NCBI GenBank assembly: GCA_046583355.1
Contig: JAYGCM010000009.1
Location: 1-64,000 of the forward strand
From: Deltaproteobacteria bacterium
GTDB lineage: Bacteria; Desulfobacterota; Binatia; UBA12015
Direction of reading: 5' to 3'
DNA length: 64,000 nucleotides
This document shows positions 31,928-40,864 of the stretch, in pieces. The notes beneath the pieces were generated by a model. It was not told the DNA's origin. It saw only the letters and a program-made list of their open reading frames with translations, and searched no databases. How positions within the stretch are numbered: position 1 is the stretch's first letter; every line of letters starts with the position of its first letter. The translations under genes and the position numbers were made by a program.

Positions 31928-32004
31928 GACCAGACCTTCGCCACCCAAGACGCCCGGTGCAAGCACTTCGAGATTCACTGGGCCTCGGGGCGTTGGCCCA
32001 AGGC

Positions 32005-32018
32005 AAGACGCGTGTTCA
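32005..32018. promoter_or_regulatory. Putative operator copy 5 (AAGACGCGTGTTCA)
   Basis: Between the divergent DUF3604 and CoA-transferase genes. Confidence 0.6.
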
Positions 32019-32059
32019 GTCAAATTGAGATCGCGGCGGTGCGGCGTTAGGGAAGTGGC

Positions 32060-33307
32060 ATGAGCCATACACGCGCACCCCTGGCCGACCTTCGGGTCGT
32101 CGAATGCTCCATGCTCGGGCCGGCCGCCATCACCTCGCATCTGGTCGATCTCGGCGCCGACGTCATCAAGGTCGAGCCTCCTGCGGGCGATTATATCCGC
32201 GAGATGACCTGGCCGATCGTCGAGGGCACCTCGTTGATGCACCTGCACGTGAACCGCGGCAAGAAGAGCATCACCATCGACCTGAAGAACGAAGAAGGCG
32301 CGCGCATCTTCAAAGAGTTGGTCGCGACAGCCGATGTCGTGATCGAGGCCATGCGCCCTGGCGCGCTGGCTCGCCGGGGATTGGGTTTCGACGACCTGCT
32401 CAAGATCAACCCAAAAATCGTCTTCTGCAATATCTCCGGCTACGGCATGACCGGTCCCTACAAGGATATGCCCAGCCACGGTGTCGCCTACGATGTATGG
32501 AGCGGCCTGATCGAGCCGGCCTATGACGAAGAGGGCTTCTGCTACATGCCCTCACACCCCTCCATGGGGATTCACGCCGGGCCGCTCTTCGGCGCCTTCG
32601 GCATTTTGGCCGGCGTGATCCGCGCACGCGAAACCGGCAAAGGGTCGTTTCTCGAGATCGCGCAAAGCGATGCCGCGGCCTACATGGATTGGTATCGCAG
32701 CGAGTCCTATATGGCCTACGAGCGCCCCGAAGATATCGTCACGGGCAACAAGGCCGATGGCTATGAGCGCCGCGCCGTCGGCACCGCCGGGATGAAAGAG
32801 GGCGTGCGCTACCAGCTCTACGAGACCAGCGACGACCGCCACGTTCTCTTCATGGCGTCCGAGCAGGCCTTCTGGAAAAACTTCTGCGAAGGCACCGGCC
32901 GCATGGACCTCTTCGAGAAATGGCCCGGCTCGAAATATGCCGACCATGCGCGCGGCAACCGCGCCTTGCAGGCAGTCTTACGTGAGATTTTCAAAACAAA
33001 AACCTCGCAGGAATGGATCGCCTTCGGCAACGAGGCGAATACGCCGATCGCGCCGGTGAATACGCCGCAGACGATGAAGCAGGACCCGCAATTCCAGCAT
33101 CGCTTCCCGCTCTATACGGTCGAGCAACTCGATGCCGAGCAATTGCCGACGCCGCTGAAATTCATCGACGAGACGCTGCCCACACCCACCCGCGCCCCTA
33201 CCATCGGCCAGCATAGTGCCGAGGTTCTGAAGAACGTACTTGGATGGGACGACGCCCAGGTCGCCAAGGCGCGCGACGCCGGCGCGCTCGGCGACCCCGA
33301 CAAATAA
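32060..33307 (+). CDS. Family III CoA-transferase (CaiB/BaiF), single domain
   Basis: PLADLRVVE, LGADVIKVEPP, NRGKKSITIDLK, ISGYGMTGP, APTIGQH. Confidence 0.9.
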   Translation: MSHTRAPLADLRVVECSMLGPAAITSHLVDLGADVIKVEPPAGDYIREMTWPIVEGTSLMHLHVNRGKKSITIDLKNEEGARIFKELVATADVVIEAMRPGALARRGLGFDDLLKINPKIVFCNISGYGMTGPYKDMPSHGVAYDVWSGLIEPAYDEEGFCYMPSHPSMGIHAGPLFGAFGILAGVIRARETGKGSFLEIAQSDAAAYMDWYRSESYMAYERPEDIVTGNKADGYERRAVGTAGMKEGVRYQLYETSDDRHVLFMASEQAFWKNFCEGTGRMDLFEKWPGSKYADHARGNRALQAVLREIFKTKTSQEWIAFGNEANTPIAPVNTPQTMKQDPQFQHRFPLYTVEQLDAEQLPTPLKFIDETLPTPTRAPTIGQHSAEVLKNVLGWDDAQVAKARDAGALGDPDK

Positions 33308-33362
33308 AACTCGTAGGGCCCCGGCCCTAGCGCTTGAGCGTCAGGCGCATAGGAGGCGGGGC

Positions 33363-35837
33363 TCAGACCTCGAGGGCGCCGCTCTTTTCGAGGTCGGCGC
33401 GCGCGGTCTCGTCCAGGCCCAGCCATTGCGCAAGCACTGCCGCGTTGTCGGCACCGATCGGCCGACCGGTATCGGTCGTATGGCCCGGCGTGGCGTCCAA
33501 CCCGAAGCCGAGGCGGCTTGCCGCCACCTCGCCGCGGCTTGCATGCGCGATTGTTTCGAAGAAATCCCGCGCCCGCAATTGCGGGTCATACTCGCAAAGG
33601 TCGCGTACATTCTGCACCGCACCGGCAGGCACGCCGGCCGCCTGCAGAGATTCCATCACCTCTGTTTTCGTTTGCGTGGAGGTCCACCCAGTCAACAGGG
33701 CATCGAGTTCCCCGGCGTGCTCGAGGCGCGCGGCAAACGAGGCAAAGCGCGCGTCGGCCTGCCATTCGGCGTGGCCCGTAGCCCGGCAAAGAGCCCGCCA
33801 ATGGTCCTCATGCAGAGCGGTAATCGCGCACCAACTATCCTCGCCGGAGCAAGCGTAGAGGCCCCAAGGCGCACCGCGCGCACGGCCATTGCCCTGCGGC
33901 GCAGGCGCGCCGCCGTCGAGCGCCTGCAACATCACATCACCGATCGTCGCCACGCAGGTCTCCATCTGCGCGATGTCAATCAACTGGCCCTCGCCCGTTC
34001 GCGTGCGGTGGTCGAGCGCCGCCATGACCGCCGTAAGCCCATGCAACGCACCCACCGGGTCTGAGTAGGCGTATTGGGTGATCGTACACCCCTTGCCGGG
34101 AAACCCCGAGAGTGCCGCAAGCCCGGAGACGGCCTCCATATTCGGCCCCCAGGTCACATAGCCCGCCGCCGGCCCCTCGCGGCCGAAGCCCGAGGTGGCG
34201 AGATAGATCAGACCGGGATTCGCGGCGGCCAGTACCTCGTAGCCAAGACCGAGACGTTCGACGACGCCAGGAACGAAGTTTTCGATGACGACATCCGCCT
34301 CAGCGGCGAGCCTTTTGGCGATCGCCAGAGCATCGGCATTTTTGAGGTCCAATCCGACGAAACGCTTGCCCGCATTCCAGTCCGTGAACCAGGGCGAGAG
34401 CACCTCGCTTACGCCCGCCTCCGGTGCCTGCGGCGAGATATACAGGCGCGTGACGTCGGCTGCCGTACGTGATTCGATCTTGACGACATCCGCACCATGG
34501 TAGGCCATCATGCGCCCGACCCAGGGCCCGGCCATGCCGGCGGTAAATTCAAGGACCCGCAGCCCCGAGAGAGGCTCACCCGGACGGGCGGACCGGGGTG
34601 AATGAGAATCAGCCGAATCCTCGCCGTGCGGGCGCGAAGCCTGCTGGCCAGGCGATAGCGCCCCACTGCCCGGGCTCTTCGAGTCCTGTGCCACCGCTGT
34701 GGTCCAGCCTTCCGCGCGATGCTCGCCCAACGCCGGTGCTCGGCGCGCGGCTTCCCTCGGTGCGGCTGGGAAACGGATCGGCAGGCCGGGGTAGCGCAAC
34801 TCTCCGCCTGGCAGACGCGCAAAGAATCCGCGCGCCGCGAGATGCGCATCCGCCACAACTGCGGCGGCATCGTTGAGCGGCGTGATCGCAAGATGCCTCC
34901 TCTGGCCCTCAGCGTAGAGTTCCACCACCGAGTAGCGCGCGAAGAGTTCGGCCAGCCACGCATCGATCACCGGGCGAAACTCGTGACGGTTGGCCGAAGG
35001 GCCGGTAAACGCGGGGTCGAGGATCGCCTCGTTACCCGTCACCTCGGCGACCCACTGCGCAAGCGCCTGCCAATGCGCGGGACGGTTGAGGGTCAAATAA
35101 ATCCGGCCGTCGCAGGCGTCCCAGACCCCGGAGGGGATCGACGCCGCCAGACTCGCGCCCTCGCGCCGTGAGATCATTTGATCTTCCCGGTAGCGCCCGG
35201 CCCCAACGATATGCGAGACCGCCGCCATCGACTCCTGCAGCGAGACATCCACAACCTGGCCCACGCCCGTGCGGCGCGCGAGACGCCAGGCGACCATCGC
35301 ACCGGCCGCAGCCGAGAGCCCAGCCATCACGCAGGCCGGGTAGCCGGCGAGTGAGACCGGCGGTTCATCGGGCCAACCGGTGGTATGCGCCGCACCCGAG
35401 AGCGCCGTAGCCACCAGATCCGACGAGAGCCAACCGCGGCGTGGGCCGTCCTGGCCGAATCCACTGATCCGCGCCATGACCAGCCGCGGGTTGTCGGCGT
35501 GCAATTCTTCGGCACCGAGCCCGAGCGATTCGAGAACGCCCGGACCACGCGTCTCCACCAGAATATCAGCGCCCGCCACCAGGTCCCGAAAGGCCGCGGC
35601 GCCGGTCGCCTGCGGCAGATCCAATACCAGGCTCTGTTTCGAGGTATTAGCGTAAAGAAACCAATAGCTCTGCGCCGGCGCGCTCGGGCGAAAGGGAGGA
35701 ATCGCTCGACTGCCTTCCCCCCCGGGGGCTTCGACCTTGATTACCTCCGCGCCGAGTCCGCCGAGTAATTTACCAGCATACTCGCCCGTCTCATCGGCCA
35801 ACTCGACAACACGGATTCCGGCAAGGGGCAGACTCAT
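33363..35837 (-). CDS. Family III CoA-transferase, fused double domain
   Basis: Two CaiB units (PLAGIRVVEL..; PLSGLRVLEF..AGP..ENFVPG..YSDP). Confidence 0.9.
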   Translation of the reverse strand: MSLPLAGIRVVELADETGEYAGKLLGGLGAEVIKVEAPGGEGSRAIPPFRPSAPAQSYWFLYANTSKQSLVLDLPQATGAAAFRDLVAGADILVETRGPGVLESLGLGAEELHADNPRLVMARISGFGQDGPRRGWLSSDLVATALSGAAHTTGWPDEPPVSLAGYPACVMAGLSAAAGAMVAWRLARRTGVGQVVDVSLQESMAAVSHIVGAGRYREDQMISRREGASLAASIPSGVWDACDGRIYLTLNRPAHWQALAQWVAEVTGNEAILDPAFTGPSANRHEFRPVIDAWLAELFARYSVVELYAEGQRRHLAITPLNDAAAVVADAHLAARGFFARLPGGELRYPGLPIRFPAAPREAARRAPALGEHRAEGWTTAVAQDSKSPGSGALSPGQQASRPHGEDSADSHSPRSARPGEPLSGLRVLEFTAGMAGPWVGRMMAYHGADVVKIESRTAADVTRLYISPQAPEAGVSEVLSPWFTDWNAGKRFVGLDLKNADALAIAKRLAAEADVVIENFVPGVVERLGLGYEVLAAANPGLIYLATSGFGREGPAAGYVTWGPNMEAVSGLAALSGFPGKGCTITQYAYSDPVGALHGLTAVMAALDHRTRTGEGQLIDIAQMETCVATIGDVMLQALDGGAPAPQGNGRARGAPWGLYACSGEDSWCAITALHEDHWRALCRATGHAEWQADARFASFAARLEHAGELDALLTGWTSTQTKTEVMESLQAAGVPAGAVQNVRDLCEYDPQLRARDFFETIAHASRGEVAASRLGFGLDATPGHTTDTGRPIGADNAAVLAQWLGLDETARADLEKSGALEV

Positions 35838-35948
35838 GCCCTCTTCCCGCCCACATTCCGGCGCATGATTCTACCCCGCTCGCCAGCCGCAAAAGGCCAA
35901 TGCCCGGCCAGGAGCCGAGAGCGCAGAAACTCCCGCATAGGCTCCTGC

Positions 35949-37193
35949 CTAATGCTGCACCGGGCAGCCCGAAGGCCGCGTGAACTCGACCTGCATCTCT
36001 TTGATGCCGTCGATGAAATTCGAGTGCAGGAGGCGCGGTTTTTTCACTACGTGCATATCGGGGACGCGGTCGAGGAGCTCGTCGAAGATACAGGCAAGCT
36101 GCATCTTGGCGAGGTTCGCGCCGAGACAGAAATGCTCGCCGATACCGAAGGTCAAATGCGGGTTCGGGCTACGCGTGATGTCGAAGGTATCGGGGTCCTG
36201 GAAGACGTCCTCGTCGCGGTTGGCCGAGGGGTAGAACATCACGAGTTTGTCGCCCTTCTTGATTTTCTGACCGCGGATCTCCGTGTCGATCAATGCCGTG
36301 CGGCGGAATTGCATCACCGGCGGTGCCATCCGCAGGCATTCATCGATCGCCAAGGGCAGCAACTCGCGGTTGTCGCGCAGCTGCTGGTAGGCCTCGGGAT
36401 GGTCGCTCAGAAGCCGCATAATATGCGAGGTCCCGTTGCGGGTAGTCTCGTTGCCGGCCACCGAGAGCAGCACCATGAAAGAATTGAAATGGTGCTCGGT
36501 GATCTTCTCGCCGTCGACCTCGCCGTTGATCATCTTGCTGATCAGCGTATCGTCCGGGTTTGCCTTCTTCTCCTCGGCCAGAGTGCTTGCGTAGGTATAG
36601 AGCTCTATGGCCGCTGCCTGACCGTCGTTGGGCGCACCGAATTCTTCATCGTCGGTGGCAATCAACCGATTCGACCAATCAAAAATCTTCTTGCGGTCTT
36701 CGAGCGGAATTCCCATCAGCTCACAGATGAGGATCAAGGGCAGCTCGGACGCGAGCTCTTCGACGAACTCGCAGGAGTCTTTCTCGGCGAGTTCGTCCAC
36801 AATGCGCTTGGCGTGCGCGCGAATCTTCGGCTCGATCTCCCGGACCATGCGCGGCGTGAAGACGCGCTGTAGAAGCCTGCGATACTTGACGTGCTCAGGC
36901 GGGTCCATGCCGATCAGGCTCTCGCGCTGACCGGCGAGGTCATCCCCCTCCATATCGAATATAAAAGGCAGCCCCTCCCAGGAGGAGAAGACCTTCGGGT
37001 TGCGCGAGATCGCAAACACATCTTCGTGCTTGGTGATCACCCAGAAGCTTTTGGTAATGCGGAACTCCGCAGCCGAGGCCGGCACTTCCTGCCAATGCAC
37101 GGGGTCCTCGCGGCGCAGCATGCGGAAGTATTCGTGCGGGAAACCCTCGTCGTAGGCCGCGGGTAGGTAGAGTTCGATATCGCCTAGCTTCAT
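35949..37193 (-). CDS. Cytochrome P450, CYP125/CYP124/CYP142-like
   Basis: MDPPEH, VAGNETTRN I-helix, ECLR, YPSANRDEDVF, FGIGEHFCLG heme motif. Confidence 0.9.
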   Translation of the reverse strand: MKLGDIELYLPAAYDEGFPHEYFRMLRREDPVHWQEVPASAAEFRITKSFWVITKHEDVFAISRNPKVFSSWEGLPFIFDMEGDDLAGQRESLIGMDPPEHVKYRRLLQRVFTPRMVREIEPKIRAHAKRIVDELAEKDSCEFVEELASELPLILICELMGIPLEDRKKIFDWSNRLIATDDEEFGAPNDGQAAAIELYTYASTLAEEKKANPDDTLISKMINGEVDGEKITEHHFNSFMVLLSVAGNETTRNGTSHIMRLLSDHPEAYQQLRDNRELLPLAIDECLRMAPPVMQFRRTALIDTEIRGQKIKKGDKLVMFYPSANRDEDVFQDPDTFDITRSPNPHLTFGIGEHFCLGANLAKMQLACIFDELLDRVPDMHVVKKPRLLHSNFIDGIKEMQVEFTRPSGCPVQH

Positions 37194-37205
37194 GCGCTCT
37201 TCCAA

Positions 37206-37934
37206 CTAGAGGAGGCGCAGCAACGCAACGGTTGCGGTCGCTGCGCCGGCGACGGCGAGCAGCATGAGGACGAATTTCTGGAAGCGCTCGGGGTCGAGAC
37301 GCCCAAGCAATTTCTGGCCGAGCCAGTAGCCGCCCAAAAGAAAGGGAATCCCGATGGCGATCTGGCGCAGCTCGGCCACGCCAAGCACGCCGGCCCACAC
37401 GAAACCCGTGAGGGCGAAAACTCCATTGAGCACAAAGAGATTCGACAACGCGGCGCGAAAGACTGTCGGGGGCAGCCCGGAGGCCTGGAGATAGAGCACG
37501 ATCGGCGGCCCGTTGATCGCCGTACTGGTGGTGAGAATGCCGGACACAAACCCGGTCAGTCCGGCGGCCACATCCGAATGCTTCCAGCGCAGGCCGAACC
37601 AGATCGCGCCCGCCATGGTCGCGGCGGTTACGCCCACCAGCACACGCAACACTTCCGCAGATGTGTAGAGCAGCACATAGACGCCGAGCGGCAGGCCGAT
37701 CACACTGCCGGCCAGGAGCAAAAAGACCAGGCGCCACGGTGCATGCTCACGCACCGAATGCGATACCCGCAACGCATTCATAAAGGAGAGTACCGCAGAG
37801 ATCGGCACAGCCTGTGCGGGCTCCATGAAAATCACCAGCGTCGGCACCACAAGTAGCGAAAAACCGAAGCCCGCCACCGTCTGGACCATCGCTCCAACCA
37901 GAGTGATAGCCGCGATGGCGATCTCAGTTTCCAC
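37206..37934 (-). CDS. TauE/SafE family sulfite exporter-like membrane protein
   Basis: VQTVAGFGF..VP, GFVSG..TAINGPP..FRA; about 8 TM segments; GTG start inferred. Confidence 0.85.
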   Translation of the reverse strand: METEIAIAAITLVGAMVQTVAGFGFSLLVVPTLVIFMEPAQAVPISAVLSFMNALRVSHSVREHAPWRLVFLLLAGSVIGLPLGVYVLLYTSAEVLRVLVGVTAATMAGAIWFGLRWKHSDVAAGLTGFVSGILTTSTAINGPPIVLYLQASGLPPTVFRAALSNLFVLNGVFALTGFVWAGVLGVAELRQIAIGIPFLLGGYWLGQKLLGRLDPERFQKFVLMLLAVAGAATATVALLRLL

Positions 37935-37988
37935 CCCCGGAATATCGCAGGCCGATTGGCAAAAGTGCAAATCGGCTCGCGATGCAGG

Positions 37989-38012
37989 CCTGCTTTTCGG
38001 CCGAGCCTCTAG
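37989..38012 (-). repeat. Dispersed repeat family A copy
   Basis: Minus strand CTAGAGGCTCGGCCGAAAAGCAGG(CCTGCATC), co-linear with the copy at 56539. Confidence 0.6.
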
Positions 38013-38170
38013 CCGAATAAGAGGCCCGAACGACCGTCCGATCCAGCTGGGGACGTTTCAGCCTGCCCCCCCCTCGCCGATCAACTCAAGGCGCGCTAAA
38101 CTTCAAGGCAATGCTTCCTTTCGTATCGTATCGGAAAGCCGCTTTCCGGAACCGAGGGACAACGACTCTG

Positions 38171-39970
38171 ATGATGAAATCAAAAATGATGGTACTCGCG
38201 TTGCTGATCCCCGCGGTCGGCATGGTGGCTGGTTGTGGCGGGTCGAGCGACCCCTACACCGGCCTTGTCCCGCAGCCGACCGCCGAGCCCGGCCCCGAGC
38301 CGACGCCCGAACCGACGGCCGCACCCGAGCCGACCGCCGAGCCGGTTGACCCGGACTGCCCCGACCCCGCGTTCCCCAGCACCTATGCGGCAATTCAGGA
38401 AATCGTCTTTCAGCGTAACGGCTGTGCCGGTACGACCTGCCACGGCGACGCCATGGCAGGCGGCCTCGACCTTCGCGAAGGCGTCTCCTACGGCAACCTC
38501 TTAGAGGCCGACGCCACCTCATCGGACCTCTTCCGGGTCCATCCCGGCGACCGGATGCGCAGCGAACTCTGGCGCCGCCTCGACGCAACCAACGACGATT
38601 CCATCGTAATCGCCGGCGCACCGATGCCGATTGGCCTGCCGCCGCTCGACGCCGACACCATGGAGCTGGTGCGTTTGTGGATTCTCGCCGGCGCGCCGGA
38701 AGGCGGCACCGTCCTGGACACCGAGGATCTCATCGACGGCTGCCTGCCTGCCCCGGAGCCCATCGCGATCGCGCCGCTGGCGCCGCTGGCTTCCGGCGCC
38801 GGCGTCCAATTCCAGATGCCTTCCTGGATCCTGCCCGCCGCCAGTGAAAACGAAATCTGTTTCGCTGTCTGGCTCGATTTCACCGACCAGGTCCCCGAGG
38901 ACTTCCTCTCCGACGACGGCAATTTCTTCTTCTACGACCAATACGAAATCCGCCAGGACTCCAACAGCCACCATCTCCTGATGCAGGTTCCCACCGCCTC
39001 CTGGAGCGGCACGATTCTCGAACCCGATGTTCTGGAAGGCTGGACCTGTTCGGCCGGTAGCGCGAACGCGGGCGCGAGCTGCGACGCAAAAGATACCGAG
39101 GCCTGTGACGGCGGCTTCTGCCGTTCGAAGATCGAAGAAACCAGTGGCTGCAACGGCTACGGCCCGGGCGGCGCGGCTACCCCGACGGTCTTCTCCGGCA
39201 CCCAGCAGGCGAATTTCATCCGCACGAACTACCCGGGCGTTTACAGCCGCGTGCCGATCAAGGGCATTTTCTACTTCAACTCACACGCCTTCAACCTGAC
39301 GGCGAAAGACGCCCTGATGCATGCACGCGCGAACTTCCGCTTCGCCACTCAGCGTGACTACCCGATGCGCAATCATAGCGACGGCATCTTCGGCATCCCG
39401 CGGCTGATTGCCGAGGGCGCCCCGCCCTATACCACCAGGGAAATGTGCGATGACTGGGTATTACCGAAGGGAGCACGTCTCACCGCCTTGAGCTCGCATA
39501 CCCACAAACACGGCAAACATTGGTGGTATGACCTCCCCGACGGCGAGCGAATCTACGACTCCTATACCTACAACGACCCGCTGCAGAAGTACTTCGACCC
39601 GCCCATGGCCTTCGACCAGGACGATCCCGAAGACCGCCGGATCAGCTGGTGCTCGCTCTACAATAATGGCGTCGACGCAGACGGCAACGACGACCCCAGC
39701 CAGGTGACCCGCGCCTCGAAGATTCAATACGGCATCCGTGGCTTCGGCCTGGGCGGCAGCTTCGGACGCTGCGAGCCCAGCCGTTGCATCAACGAAGGCC
39801 GCACCCATATCCAATGCAACGACGGCATCAGTAACTTCAAAGGCGATGACGCCGAATGCGATTCCTCGCCGGGCGCTGGCGACGGGTTCTGTGATGCCTG
39901 CCGCATCACCGGTGGCGTGACAACCGAGAACGAAATGTTCGGCCCGAACATCGCTTATTTCGTTCCCTGA
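38171..39970 (+). CDS. Lipoprotein: CX4CH cytochrome c-like domain fused to a copper type II (PHM/DBH-like) monooxygenase (paralog 2)
   Basis: Lipobox VAGC; CAGTTCHG..GGLDL..PGD..MP..LWILAGA; NSHHL, NSHAFN, SHTHKHG, TTENEM; co-linear with 7068-8834. Confidence 0.7.
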   Translation: MMKSKMMVLALLIPAVGMVAGCGGSSDPYTGLVPQPTAEPGPEPTPEPTAAPEPTAEPVDPDCPDPAFPSTYAAIQEIVFQRNGCAGTTCHGDAMAGGLDLREGVSYGNLLEADATSSDLFRVHPGDRMRSELWRRLDATNDDSIVIAGAPMPIGLPPLDADTMELVRLWILAGAPEGGTVLDTEDLIDGCLPAPEPIAIAPLAPLASGAGVQFQMPSWILPAASENEICFAVWLDFTDQVPEDFLSDDGNFFFYDQYEIRQDSNSHHLLMQVPTASWSGTILEPDVLEGWTCSAGSANAGASCDAKDTEACDGGFCRSKIEETSGCNGYGPGGAATPTVFSGTQQANFIRTNYPGVYSRVPIKGIFYFNSHAFNLTAKDALMHARANFRFATQRDYPMRNHSDGIFGIPRLIAEGAPPYTTREMCDDWVLPKGARLTALSSHTHKHGKHWWYDLPDGERIYDSYTYNDPLQKYFDPPMAFDQDDPEDRRISWCSLYNNGVDADGNDDPSQVTRASKIQYGIRGFGLGGSFGRCEPSRCINEGRTHIQCNDGISNFKGDDAECDSSPGAGDGFCDACRITGGVTTENEMFGPNIAYFVP

Positions 39971-39992
39971 TTCAGGCATTCCGCTTGACAGA

Positions 39993-40035
39993 GAAGGCCC
40001 GTAGCGCTGTTTCGCGCTGCGGGCTTTTTCTTTTT
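39993..40035 (+). terminator. Rho-independent terminator
   Basis: AAGGCCCGTAGCGC-TGTTTC-GCGCTGCGGGCTTT followed by TTCTTTTT. Confidence 0.8.
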
Positions 40036-40067
40036 CAGCAGACCAATTGCCCCGCAAGGAGACCCTC

Positions 40068-40718
40068 ATGGCCAAGATGGAAGATGGATTCGGCAAGCCG
40101 GATGAAGTGCGTATCTTCGTCGAGGCGAATGCCGAGCGCGGCAATGCCGCAAGCGTCCTCGCCACGCTCGATCGCTACGCCGAAGAGCATTTTTTCCTCA
40201 TGAACGTCGGCCCCGAAAAGGGCCCGCTACTTACCACCGAAGTCGACAAAATCGGTCCGGCGGCGCGCATCATCGAGCTCGGCAGCTATTGCGGCTACTC
40301 GGCCGTGCTGATCGCCCAGCGGCTCGACGCAAGCGGGCATCTGGTTTGTGTCGAGCTCGACCCGGAAGCCGTGCGTGGCACCCGCGCCACGGTCGAATTC
40401 GCCGGGCTGGCCGACCGTGTCGAGGTGATCGAGGGCGCCTCGGGCGATATCATCCCGACACTCGACGGTAGCTTTGACCTGGTCTTCCTCGACCATTGGA
40501 AAGACCTCTACGAGGAAGATCTCAAAGCGTTCGAGGCCCGCGGGCTGCTGCACAAAGGCTCAGTTATCTTCGCCGACAACGTCGGCCCGAGCTTCAACCC
40601 CGAGAGCTACCTCAATTATGTGCGGACGAGCGGTAAATACGACTCGACGCACCACCTCTCGACCATCGAATACACCGATATGCCGGACGCGGCCGAAGTC
40701 TCTATCTACCGCGGCTGA
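40068..40718 (+). CDS. Catechol O-methyltransferase (eukaryotic COMT-like)
   Basis: LMNVGPEKG, ELGSYCGYSA, GASGDIIP, DLVFLDHWKD, ADNV; SD AAGGAG. Confidence 0.88.
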   Translation: MAKMEDGFGKPDEVRIFVEANAERGNAASVLATLDRYAEEHFFLMNVGPEKGPLLTTEVDKIGPAARIIELGSYCGYSAVLIAQRLDASGHLVCVELDPEAVRGTRATVEFAGLADRVEVIEGASGDIIPTLDGSFDLVFLDHWKDLYEEDLKAFEARGLLHKGSVIFADNVGPSFNPESYLNYVRTSGKYDSTHHLSTIEYTDMPDAAEVSIYRG

Positions 40719-40737
40719 TTCTCCTGGCGGCGCTGAA

Positions 40738-40849
40738 AGAACGCGCACTGGAGGCCCGACTCAAGAGCCGGCAAGGATGCGCTTCCCGCAGTAGCGGGCG
40801 TGCGCATGGCAGAACGCGCGTGGAGGCCCGACTCGAAAGCCGGGCCTCC
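40738..40849 (+). repeat. Two direct copies of dispersed repeat family A between convergent genes
   Basis: AGAACGCGCACTGGAGGCCCGACTCAAGAGCCGG and AGAACGCGCGTGGAGGCCCGACTCGAAAGCCGG. Confidence 0.6.
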
Positions 40850-40864
40850 GCCACGCGATGTTTC

